Below are positions 1 through 10,689 of a DNA stretch of 51,106 bases, one piece after another (the first letter of the stretch is position 1; each line of letters begins with the position of its first letter). The notes under the pieces were generated by a model. The model ran no database searches and was not told the DNA's origin. It was given only the letters and a program-made list of their open reading frames with translations. The DNA is taken from positions 79,741,423 through 79,792,528 of the forward strand of contig NC_068988.1 of NCBI RefSeq assembly GCF_001194135.2, given 5' to 3'. Made by a program: the position numbers and the translations under genes. The DNA is from Octopus bimaculoides (lineage: Eukaryota).

Positions 1-98
1 CGAAAGTAGTACTGATGGGGGGAGTCTTACGAGAGTTGCTCGAAGGAATCCCACAAAGACCACTGTTGCCTTACCCTCCTCCCTCATAGTTAGAGCGG

Positions 99-644
99 TT
101 CGCGAATTTTTTTTTTCCCACGAGAGTTCCGGACCCCAGTTATGAACTCATTTGCATACAGCCAACCAGAGCTCAACTATCAAACTAACTTACGAGCGCA
201 TAAGTGATGGGCGATAAGATAAGGTCACTTGGTTAAGGAATGACCATGCTTCTTTTCTCTTTTAAGAATACTTCTTGACCTTGTTCTTGTTTCAACCATG
301 GCTGCCTCTGCGTAGTTATTTGTGTTGTTGTTTACTTTGTAAAGGCGAGAGGGTTGTTAAGCACATCACCCTCTACCCACATTTTTCCCATTCACATCTT
401 TACCATATAGGGCCCTAACAAAATTCGATAATAGGTATTGATGCAAATCTATCTAATTACTTGTGTCTTTCTAAAATCAGGCATAACTTGGCGATCGGTC
501 AAATTACAACACCATTCTTCGTCTTGAGTTTACTTGGTAAAGTGTGTTTGTTAACTTGACAAGTTCAAGGTGAACTCTGATTGGCTGTATGCAAATGAGT
601 TCATTACTGGGGTCTGGAACTTTCATGGAAAAAAAATTTCGCGA
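99..644. repeat. Inverted repeat pair (arms ~99-177 and ~569-644), possible non-autonomous TIR element; arms carry octamer and CCAAT-like motifs
   Basis: Reverse complement of 99-177 aligns to 569-644 (ctctg[g/a]ttggctgtatgcaaatgagttcat[a/t]actggggtc[c/t]ggaact...ttcgcga). ATTTGCAT at 150-157, ATGCAAAT at 589-596. No TSD found. Confidence 0.7.
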
Positions 645-1080
645 GCGGGTCCGTTCATTAGGACCAGCCTTACCACATTCATCCGCTTTGCAACAAATTT
701 GCTGAGAAAAAGCACTTCCATCTTCGCCCTTACTTTCCTTTTCAAGTGAAACTTGAAAAAGTTGATGGGTGTTTGGCAAAAGAGGGTGTTTGTCTTCATT
801 CCTTTCAATCTGGCCCATTACACAACCTCTGTCTCTAAGGTCAATGGACAGATGAATACTGCTTGACCTTCCAGGCAGTAGGATGATTTTCAGAATGGCT
901 TCAACCGCTAGCTGGATACGTCCTACATGTGAGAGTAGGTATTCGAAATAAAGCCATGGGTTAACAACGCTCTGGTACTGGTTGGGTGCATGCACAAAGG
1001 TTTCGTCCTTCAGTGCGCATCTCGAGCATGTCCGGCTGTTTGGATCACATTTTGGATATCGCTGACTGTCGATAGTATTC
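645..1080 (-). mobile_element. Decayed Tx1/L1-like LINE ORF2 C-terminal fragment
   Basis: Minus-strand translation gives a zf-RVT-like CSRC...ETFVH motif, then (frameshifted) EVV*WARLKG...INFFKFHLKRKVR...KRMNVVRL, resembling Tx1-type ORF2 ends. Confidence 0.5.
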
Positions 1081-1740
1081 TCTCTTACACGACATAATTT
1101 TTCAAACCCTGCATCGCAGTATTAACAGTGTCTTGTGCGTTCAGTAATCCTCTGCCGCCTTCATTTCTTCGTAAGTAGAGTTGATTGGTAATGCTTTTAG
1201 TGTGGAGTGCATTGTGGATTGTGAAAAGTTTTCTAGTTCTTCCGTCCAAGTTCGGCAGCTCGACTTTTGTCCATTTCAAAAAGGGAGCAGAGTATCTCAA
1301 TACTGGCATAATCCATGTATTTATGGCTTTAATGATGTTTCCGTCATTTAATTTTGTTTCGTTCACCTTCCTAATTCTCCTCTTGTACCCCAATGATTTC
1401 TCTCCTATTTCTACTTCTATTATCATGTCGTTTTGCAACACCCGTATATATTTGTACCTGTCATTATTCCACAGCGATCTAATGATGTTGTCTTGGAGTA
1501 ATTTTATACCATCAGAGTTTACCTTACGGCCTCTCTTCATAATTTGTAACTGCGCGTTTATTTACCCCGAACTACATTCCAGCATTTTCACTGAATACTC
1601 TCACTGTTTGGATCAATGAGTCTAGGTCTGTCTGTCTCATATTTTTGTATACAGCTGGAGGTCATCCATATAAAATAGGTGATTTATTCTTTTCTTGTTT
1701 GCGAAGCTAGGGACGGATGGAACTAGCACAATAAGAGTAC
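1081..1740 (-). mobile_element. R4/Dong-like non-LTR reverse transcriptase fragment (decayed)
   Basis: YMDDLQLY at ~1645-1670, then TVRVFSENAGM*FG, YKYI, KAINTWIMPVLRY and LHTKS...LYLRRNEGGRGL (ORF 1085-1540), the RT/thumb signature of R4/Dong-clade LINEs. Confidence 0.85.
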
Positions 1741-1854
1741 AACGAAGACACTTGGACTGTGACTGCCAAGAGTACTATATAATGGTCAGGAATTCTGATG
1801 CTAAAATTGTGCCTTGCTGCAACACTGTTACTTAGTCTCTACATATTTAATTTA

Positions 1855-2012
1855 CCGTATCACAAGGCATTCACATAGTCCCCATATATTTAACTTATAC
1901 ACTCGCTCACATAGTCACCTTATATTTAACTTGTCGTGTCACAACATACTTAGTCACCATATTCTTAGTCCCCCATATTTATAACTTACCATGTCACAAT
2001 GCATTCACTTAG
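1855..2012. repeat. Imperfect tandem repeat with core (c/t)tagtc(a/c)cc...atattt-aactt
   Basis: About five degenerate copies of cacatagtcccc/cacatagtcacc/acttagtcacc/cttagtcccc/cacttagtcacc, spaced 15-50 bp apart. Confidence 0.55.
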
Positions 2013-2715
2013 TCACCATTTACGAACAATTACAAAACTGTATGTGAAAGCAAGAGAAAATGTATATTTATTACGATATAAAATTGAAACATAGCCAGGG
2101 AGGAAACGACAGAAAAAGAAAAAGAAGTCGGTGTCATTGTTAAGAAAGGTTTTCTTGTTGAATAGAAATCATGCGATGACAATTGAAACAAGGGAGAACA
2201 AAACAAAGGAAAAAGAAATGAAAAGAAAGGAATGGGAGGGAGGGAGGGANNNNNNNNNNNNNNNNNNNNNNNNNNNNNNNNNNNNNNNNNNNNNNNNNNN
2301 NNNNNNNNNNNNNNNNNNNNNNNNNNNNNNNNNNNNNNNNNNNNNNNNNNNNNNNNNNNNNNNNNNNNNNNNNNNNNNNNNNNNNNNNNNNNNNNNNNNN
2401 NNNNNNNNNNNNNNNNNNNNNNNNNNNNNNNNNNNNNNNNNNNNNNNNNNNNNNNNNNNNNNNNNNNNNNNNNNNNNNNNNNNNNNNNNNNNNNNNNNNN
2501 NNNNNNNNNNNNNNNNNNNNNNNNNNNNNNNNNNNNNNNNNNNNNNNNNNNNNNNNNNNNNNNNNNNNNNNNNNNNNNNNNNNNNNNNNNNNNNNNNNNN
2601 NNNNNNNNNNNNNNNNNNNNNNNNNNNNNNNNNNNNNNNNNNNNNNNNNNNNNNNNNNNNNNNNNNNNNNNNNNNNNNNNNNNNNNNNNNNNNNNNNNNN
2701 NNNNNNNNNNNNNNN

Positions 2716-2753
<38 letters not shown>

Positions 2754-2757
2754 TGAG
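2716..2757. repeat. (GA)n microsatellite at a gap edge
   Basis: Direct reading; follows N-gap 2250-2715. Confidence 0.95.
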
Positions 2758-2934
2758 AGAAGGAACGAAATAGATGCGTGCGTGCGTACGTGTGTTATTT
2801 TCATCCTTTCTTAGTGGGTTTACAAAGTGGCAGTGAAAGAAATTGTCGGGCCCCGGCGTGAGTGCTCCCATAGATCCTTTAACGGAGTCGATTCCAAGAA
2901 AGAGAAGGACGAGAAACAAGTGTTTGATCAGTAT

Positions 2935-3052
2935 TTTATTTGTAGTCTCCGAAGGGATAAAGACGAAGTTGATCACGGCGAGATTTGAACTCAGAGTCTA
3001 ATGAACCGGAACTACTACTGCAAATTATTCTTTCCGACGCTGTAGCAACTCT
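2935..3052 (-). mobile_element. Degenerate SINE (family of the 19719 and 32137 copies)
   Basis: cggcgagatttgaactcagag matches the ggaatttgaactcagaa block of the 32137-32344 copy. Confidence 0.45.
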
Positions 3053-3624
3053 GTTAATTTGACAATATAATAGAACACAAATTATATTTATTTTACTCTG
3101 TCAAAGTTTATAGGAGTGAAACCTCTTGCACTTGAAAGTTTCGTTTTCGATATCCGATCACAGCCATTGCCTTGATAGTAGTGTCTACACAAGACATCAA
3201 ACTTTACACTGTTACATGGTACTAAAATGTATAGCAGGGTAAACTAACACCAGCAAAAGCAGCTCATTCACCGAAGCAAACGGTGGACACAAATTCAATA
3301 GCAAGCTGGCTGGAATAATTGGATACTGTGGCTTAAAACGTTTTCCATTGTCCTTCAATAACATAACTGCTTAATAACCAAACGGTCTTTAAGTCTATAG
3401 CACTGTACTTATCGGAGCATCTGCACCTGCACAGAGCAGCTGGACTAATTGGATAAAGCTGATAATCCGAGGTCCCACCAATCTGGCCAATTGACTTTCT
3501 GACTGTACATAATTTTTGAATATTGTGTTATCAATATTTTACCATTATATAAGTGGAAAAGGTCAACTAACCTGGCTGTTGCTGCTGCGCTATTCTTGTT
3601 GCTGCTTTTTTGTTGATGTTGTCG

Positions 3625-3812
3625 ATGTAGTTTCTTTTTAAATCCCGGGAGGCCTGATTAAGCAGGCTTACGATCATACAACATTCCATCTTTTTAAGGG
3701 TATCTAGGACTATATTGTCCAATGTGGCCTTTCCTTCTTTATGGCAGTAAGGGTGCGATTTGTCTATTACTTCTAGCAGATGGAGCGACCACGTAAAGGC
3801 TCTCTTTGCCGA
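3625..3812 (-). mobile_element. SINE-like 3' segment; related copy at ~46285-46475 (+)
   Basis: Reverse complement (ctgctagaagtaatag...ggacaatatagtcctagata...) resembles 46285-46475 (ctggtagaaatagcag...agaataatgtagtctgaaata..., AAC-rich tail). Confidence 0.4.
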
Positions 3813-5637
3813 TATAGTAGATAGCTATTACATTGTTTCCATAGCAATGATATTTAACTCAAAAATTTTGTAGATCGCGTGCTCTTTGCTAATATTACTG
3901 TTTAATCCAAAGTCATCCTTGACCACAATAACAGGAGGTTCCAACTGTGACCGTCATAGTTTGATTCTTTTCGGACATAATATATGTACGATTAAATTAA
4001 CCAGTGAGATTTGACTGCTATTTCTAGTACATTGAACCACTATATAGGAGCTCCTTTATCGGCTCGTCATAAGTGTAAATAGCTTATTGCATGGCAGGCT
4101 GCTACATTTCACCAGCGTGTGAAGCAACACGACTGTATCCTTAGATTTCGGTGCTACTTTCAAATTTTCCATGTTCTCCATGAGTAATGAGAGAATCAGT
4201 GTAGGGTGATTTACTTCAGACAAAATTTCACAAAAGAAAAAAAAAAAAAAATCAAAACATCTCGCTCTCAACCCACCTCGATTTGTGTAGTTTGTGCGGA
4301 AAGTTTAAAATACACGAAATTAAGTAGCTCACAGAATTTACCAAAGTTATTGTTAATTTGGTAAAAACTTTCATCTGAACTGGATAAAGTTCTCATAACA
4401 TCAATCTAGAAACCTACAGGTATTCTTTTCCTAGTTTCCAAGGTTCCACTTGTAAATTCGTCGAAGCCTAAATAATCATTAGAATTTTAGTAGCCATAAC
4501 ATTCAATATTGTTTTAAAAAGTTATTAATACCGTGGAGGAAAGCAACCATTCAACCATTCCAGCTCAAATTATTATACTAAACAAGTAAACTCATTTGAC
4601 AGTGGAGGTTATTAACGTGGATAAAACATTGATTTAGAATTAACTATTGATCAAATTGCTGTAAAGTGTAAGAAGTTAGTCTTGGAAATAATTCTCCAAG
4701 CCCTGCACAATCAATGAACATTAGATTATATCCAATAACTGCTCCTGTAAATGCTTCTCATTAAAAAAAAAAGGCAAATTGATAATGCACTGCTTTTCAC
4801 AAAGTAAACCTAAAGTGGAAAACTGGTATATTTACGCAGTTGGTTAACTAAATAAGGGAAAAGAAATATACCCGAAGGTTGTTAAAATGAATACACAATT
4901 GAATTTACTAAGGCAAACTCCGTGTTATATAAAAGTATAAATTAATATTTGCTATGAATCTATTTTCAAAGAATACTATTAGCGCTGAAGAAGCTTATAC
5001 AAATACCTCCCCAGTTCAATGTTAGCAAGATTGAACATTTTGGTGTGTCTTATAAAAGCTACTCTAAAATACCGAGAGAACAATCACGGTGTGACTGCAA
5101 ACAAAAAAGTTTTTTCACCTTGTAATATTCAGTTAAAAGCCAGAGCGCAAAAATATGCATTTGAAGGGAAATCAAACAAATAAACTGAAATTTTTACAAG
5201 AAATTTGCATAGAACTCAAAGCATGTATTAATAAACAAAACTGGTAAAGCAATAGGTTTCGAACATTTTCTCGGAGGTTCTAAAACATTTTGAACTAGAA
5301 GCACAAATATGGTCGCTGAAAAACTTTAACACACAAAATACTCAGATATGGGTGAAGGTAAAAGGCAACCTATCGGTCGCTCTCCATTGTTAGAGTTAAC
5401 AAACTACTTCAGTAATTAATTCTAAGCAGAATTTCAAAGCTTATTCAACACCTTATTAAACAGCAAGTCAGATTCCTTTCTGAAAGTCAACTACGATCCA
5501 GTTACTTAATCTCACTCAATATACAAAGGGTGGATTTGAAAAACAGGTGCGCACGAGTGTGTGTGTATGTGTATGTGTGTGCCTGTGTCTGTGTATGTGC
5601 ATGTGCCTTTGTGGATGTGTGATGATGATATATATAT

Positions 5638-5890
5638 ATCATCATCATCGTCATCGTTTAAAATCCGTCTTCCATGCATGCATGGGGAGAACAGTTCACA
5701 GGAGCCGGCCAGGTAGAAAACTACCCAAGGCAACTGTGACAGTTTTGGTAGGAGTTTTAAGGATGGCTGTCCTTCCTAACACTAACCTAGCACAGGCGAG
5801 GTTAGTTTTGGTATGATTTTTACAGTTGGATGCCCTTCCGAATGCCAACCACTTTACGGTGTTGACTGGATGCTTTTGACGTGGCACCGT
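5638..5890 (-). mobile_element. SINE/LINE 3'-end-type repeat with (GAT)n tail and an internally duplicated ~45-bp motif
   Basis: Starts with catcatcatcgtcatcgttt (tail on the minus strand). Motif ttttggta...gga(t)g...ccttcc...aacc occurs twice (~5743-5787, ~5806-5850). Confidence 0.5.
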
Positions 5891-6211
5891 TGCTTATTGT
5901 CTGCGTTTTCTACATGCTGCCGTCTCAATTTTCTCGCGTTTCTTCTATTTATTCAATTTCTTTAGTTCGTTATGATATGTGCTTTGCGCTTGAAGAATAT
6001 GTTTGTGTTTTCTCAACATATGAAACTATTAGTAGCGCTTTAATACATGTATTGTGACCTTTAGATACTTATCTTTAGATATTTATCTCTCCCCAGATAT
6101 ATATATAGGTTCAAAAAAAGGAAAAAGACAAAAAACAATAACAAAAAACAACAACGTGAGGACGTGATACAGATAGTGTTACTAGACGCTCGGGAAAGGA
6201 AAGAGAGAGAG

Positions 6212-6212
6212 A

Positions 6213-6252
<40 letters not shown>

Positions 6253-6258
6253 GCACAC

Positions 6259-6292
<34 letters not shown>

Positions 6293-6489
6293 CACACAAA
6301 CACACACATATAGACATACATATACATGCACATTTACTGGTACGAAACTTAGCATTTGAGGCGCTTATGCAATTACACATCAGTAAATTATGTATGCATA
6401 TGTATGTATATATGTTCAGCTTTATGCATTAAGCTTCATCACTCATAAATACATACACAAACACGCATACGATATACATATACACACAG

Positions 6490-6552
<63 letters not shown>

Positions 6553-6600
6553 TAACGTGTGTGTGTGTGTGTAATGTATATATGATGTGTATGTTTGTGT
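6212..6600. repeat. Cluster of (TA)n, (CA)n and (TACA)n microsatellites
   Basis: Direct reading. Confidence 0.9.
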
Positions 6601-7494
6601 ATCAAAATAAATACCAGTTGAATACTAGATATTGCAATATGAACTCTACTTCCATGATTCTTGGCACCGTTACTAAACAATTGTGGTTAATCAATAAGAT
6701 CAATCCTAATCTGATTGATTAGCGATCAAAACATTCCAACCATAACCAAGCCGTCTTTTTTTTTCTACCGAATTACCATATTCTAAGTCTTCTTCCCTTC
6801 GACTGCTATTTCCAGCAGTTCGAGTAACTGCGTAGATATTCCCCCAACTCATATTGATCCCCAGCAATGTGCTGGGGGATCAATTCAATCGTTTATTTTT
6901 CATGCACTGCAACTTAAACATCTGACTTTGTCGCTTCTCATCGAAAGCAATCGATTGTTAGATTATTGAACTTTATCGAACTTTATTGTCGATAGTCCAA
7001 CTAAAACCCAACGTATTCCAGTAACAAAGTTTCCCTTTTATAATCGATGGGCAGGATTAAAAATAAATGTTTCTGTTTTCTATTTAATTTATTTGACTTT
7101 CACCTCTCCAGTATAAGGAAAACAACAAAGTTTATTAGACAATGTCTGTTCTTGTCATGAGATTGACCTTGACACAATAGGAAAAACATGCGGGCCTCAC
7201 TAACATACACGCACACAGTGACAGATATACTGACATATATAAATAGCTTCACACACTCACGAATATACATGAATATGCATTCATATATACACTACAACAA
7301 ATGGAGTGACAGATACACTTATATACACACAGAGGTTCACGATTACAAACAAATATACACACGCATTCATGCACACACTAACACAGACTCTCGCACACGC
7401 GCGCTTATACACAAAACCGCAGACAGAAATATACACAAACACAATTTCTCACACACTGACTGACAGACGCACACGCACGCAGACACCCACTGTG

Positions 7495-7864
7495 CCACAC
7501 AGACACACTCACACATACACACACATACACACACATATTACACACATACACACACATATTACACACATACACACGCATATTACACACTTACACACACATA
7601 TTACACACACACACAACACACACAACACACACAGACACACTCACACACATATTACACACATACACACACATACATAAAACACCCTACACGCGCGCACACA
7701 CACACACACACCCATATTACACACATACACACACATATTACACACATACACACACATATTGCACACATACACACACATATTACACACACACACAACACAC
7801 ACACACACACTCACACACACACATACACACACATATTACACACATACACACATACACACACACC

Positions 7865-7897
<33 letters not shown>
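7495..7897. repeat. CA-derived minisatellite, ~21-bp unit ATTACACACATACACACACAT, in two higher-order blocks
   Basis: Repeated acacacatattacacacatac units; both blocks (~7495-7690, ~7700-7870) end in ...caccctacac. Confidence 0.85.
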
Positions 7898-7900
<3 letters not shown>

Positions 7901-8383
7901 CTATTGCACTCTAAGCAAGCGACGTCTTCCTTTATGTCTGCCGTATTGTCTTCCCAGGGCTATTTCGGATGTCTATGTTGTTTATTACATTGCGAATATC
8001 AATTAAGAAAGGAATGGCGGAAATATTCATTCAACGCATGAACACAGTCTCCGGATACATGTCTTTGATTATTCCCTCACTTTAAACAGCCAGCTCTTAA
8101 CCACACATTTTGTCTCTCTAGCATGCCCAACTAGTTTACGGAACATATAAACCTTTATATTATATTTCAGGCTCTCTCAGTTGCACGATCTTTCTCTCAC
8201 TCCTCCTCTCCCTCTCCCTCACTCCCCCTCTCTCTTTCAATCTCTGACTCATTTTCTCTCCTTATAAATGGGGGCAAAAACAGTCAAACACTCACACGCA
8301 CGCATTTATTACACGCACGCACACACACACACACACACGCACGCACGCACGCACACTCACACACACACACACACACAAACATA

Positions 8384-8498
8384 CAGTGTTGGCCAAAAGT
8401 CACCTGACAGTAAATCAGACCCATTTAATTCTAAGATTTATTTATGTTTAACTACTGAATGAATTTAATAATAGTATCTAAATATAAACATCATGAAA
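8384..8498. other. Identical duplicate of the MITE left half before a 10-N gap (probable unmerged contig overlap)
   Basis: 8384-8498 is identical to 8520-8634, separated only by N10 plus acacaaacata. Confidence 0.8.
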
Positions 8499-8519
8499 NN
8501 NNNNNNNNACACAAACATA

Positions 8520-8749
8520 CAGTGTTGGCCAAAAGTCACCTGACAGTAAATCAGACCCATTTAATTCTAAGATTTATTTATGTTTAACTACTGAATGAAT
8601 TTAATAATAGTATCTAAATATAAACATCATGAAAATTGTTCAAACTGAAGTCCTTCTTGGGAGATACATTCTCCCATTCGAGTCAATACAGAATTACAGA
8701 TAGTATTTATGGAATTTTGATTTGCTGTCGGGTGACTTTTGGCCAACCC

Positions 8750-8751
<2 letters not shown>
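8520..8751 (-). mobile_element. Tc1/mariner-derived MITE (232 bp), internally deleted, keeps the transposase C-terminal tip
   Basis: TA|cagtgttggccaaaagtcacctgacag ... ctgtcgggtgacttttggccaaccct(a)|TA gives ~27-bp TIRs with TA flanks. Minus strand encodes INTICNSVLTRMGECISQEGLQFEQ. Confidence 0.85.
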
Positions 8752-8788
<37 letters not shown>

Positions 8789-9261
8789 ATATGCATATAT
8801 ATATGTATGTGTCACTGTTACGTAAAGGTAAGATTAGCCAAATAAGTATTCCATCCACTGAGACTAGTTCTCAACTTTTTCACAGTTGTTCCCAACAGTG
8901 GTTCCCAGCCCTTTTATTTAATTGTCTTTTCCCACGGACCCCTTTTAATATGCTTATCCTTATGTATGTATGCATGCATGTATGTATGTATGTATGTATG
9001 TATGTATGTATAATAATAATATGAATATATATATGCATAAATGCATACATGTACATACATGTATATAGATATGCATATATGGGTATAGGACGTAATAAAA
9101 TGTAAACAACATGAAATACGAAAATAAAGTACACTAACAACGAGAGAAACAAATGGAAAACAAGACAAGTAACGCAAAAAACGACCCTTCATCAGTTGTC
9201 GGCTGTCCTTCAACTCCTTATTTCGAGCATTGTTTTCCGCAGCGTTAGTTGAGTTAATAAT

Positions 9262-9399
9262 AGAAGGGGATGTCCCGCTCGATATACTGAGCTCTCCAAG
9301 GCATGTTGGTTTTGTCTGCTGTATCTTAATAACCAAAATACAGCGGGCAACAGCAACATGCCTAGGACAATTCAGTATATCTAGCGGGATATTCCTTCT
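9262..9399. repeat. Long imperfect hairpin (~62-bp arms, 13-nt loop)
   Basis: 9262-9324 pairs with 9338-9399 (agaagg..tcccgct.gatatactga..tcc.aggcatgttg..tg.c.gctgtat). Confidence 0.85.
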
Positions 9400-9715
9400 T
9401 TATGCATGCATCTGATTTGACACAAACTGCACATATTGGTGGAATACAATTAAATGTACAATATTCTAACAGACAGTTGCAGGATAGGTCGAAACGATCG
9501 TCGCCCTGAATAAGGAATATGTGCACGTTTGTTTATGTGTGTATGTGTATGTATGTGTGTGTGTACGTGCGTGTGTGTGTGTGTATGTATGTGTGTGTGT
9601 GTGAGTGTGTGTGTATGTGTGTGTGTGTGTGTGTGTCTGTGTGTGTCTGTGTGTGTGTGTGTGTGTGTGTGCTTATGTTCCTTATGCATTCTAAAACTTA
9701 GCTGCCGATTTTGAC

Positions 9716-10500
9716 GCATGGGGTATCAAAAGACTCGGTAACCTTTCGGCTACCAAATGAACTTTATTTTCATTTTCATGTTTGCATTAAAAAAATTAAC
9801 ATTATAATCTTTCTATAAGTCAACTATCGTAAATCATATTTTATACCACCACCACATCATATTTTCTATATGAGTGTGTGTGTTTGCGCGTTCGTTACGT
9901 AATTTAGGCCGATGACTGAGAAGTATATGTGCGTGAGTGTATGTGACGATGCATGTGTGTGTGAATATACATACATTCTTGTGACGACTGATGTACACAC
10001 ACACTTCTAAAGAGTGACACACACATACACACAGAGGTACAGAGATACGCCTGGGGTGTGCATGAAGGTATATCTCTTTGAGTCTGTCTTAATATATGTA
10101 TGAGACGTATGAGGCATCAAAAGATTCAATAATCTTTCGGCTACCATATAGACTGTTTATTTACATATTTGCATTACAAAAAATTAACATAATAATCTTT
10201 CTATAAGTCAACCATCGTAAACGATATTTCATACCAGCAAAAACCACCACCACCACCACGACATCACAGTTTCTATATGAGTGTATGTATCTGTGTATAT
10301 GTGCGTTCGTAAGTACTTTAGGCCGATGACTGAGAAGTATATGTGTGTGAGTGTATCTGACGGTGTGTGGGTGTGAATATACATACATTTTTGTGACGAC
10401 TGACACGCACACATACACACGTACACACAAACATCTAAAGAAAGAGAGAGACACACACACACACAGGGACACAGATACACCTGAGGTGTGCGTGACTGTA
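9716..10500. repeat. Old tandem duplication, unit ~390 bp
   Basis: Blocks atcaaaaga..ctttcggctacc, aatctttctataagtcaac.atcgtaaa, ttaggccgatgactgagaagtatatgtg and tgaatatacatacatt..tgtgacgactga recur at ~9725-10050 and ~10115-10490. Confidence 0.9.
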
Positions 10501-10607
10501 TGTCTCTCTGTGTCTGTCTTAGTATATGTATGTGAAAGTATGTCAGACTGTATGTGAGTGCGACTGTATGTGTGATAATTTTTATACGTTAGGCCTCAGA
10601 CAATTTA

Positions 10608-10662
<55 letters not shown>

Positions 10663-10689
10663 TCTACATATACCTACGTTATGTCTATA

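Noticed and set aside
504-995. 163-aa ORF as a host gene
   Set aside because: Out-of-frame read-through of a decayed Tx1-like fragment and an inverted-repeat arm.
998-1016. Minus-strand ctgaaggacgaaac as a hammerhead
   Set aside because: A9 is missing, no stem II or stem I, and it is part of the CALKDETF coding remnant.
4200-5450. Possible decayed piggyBac-like transposase (ELTIDQ, KTGK..GG fragments)
   Set aside because: Many stops in every frame, only vague motif matches, and no TTAA-flanked TIRs identified.
6853-6884. 14-bp hairpin attgatccccagca/tgctgggggatcaat as a terminator
   Set aside because: Eukaryotic context, no U-tract and no gene upstream; an isolated short palindrome.
7495-7897. 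Regular repeat units as a CRISPR array
   Set aside because: No unique spacers or cas genes; it is a CA-derived minisatellite in eukaryotic DNA.
9180-9235. CTGATGAAGG on the minus strand with an upstream GAAA
   Set aside because: No stem II/GAAA downstream and no consistent stem III or NUH; at most a decayed PLE-type remnant.
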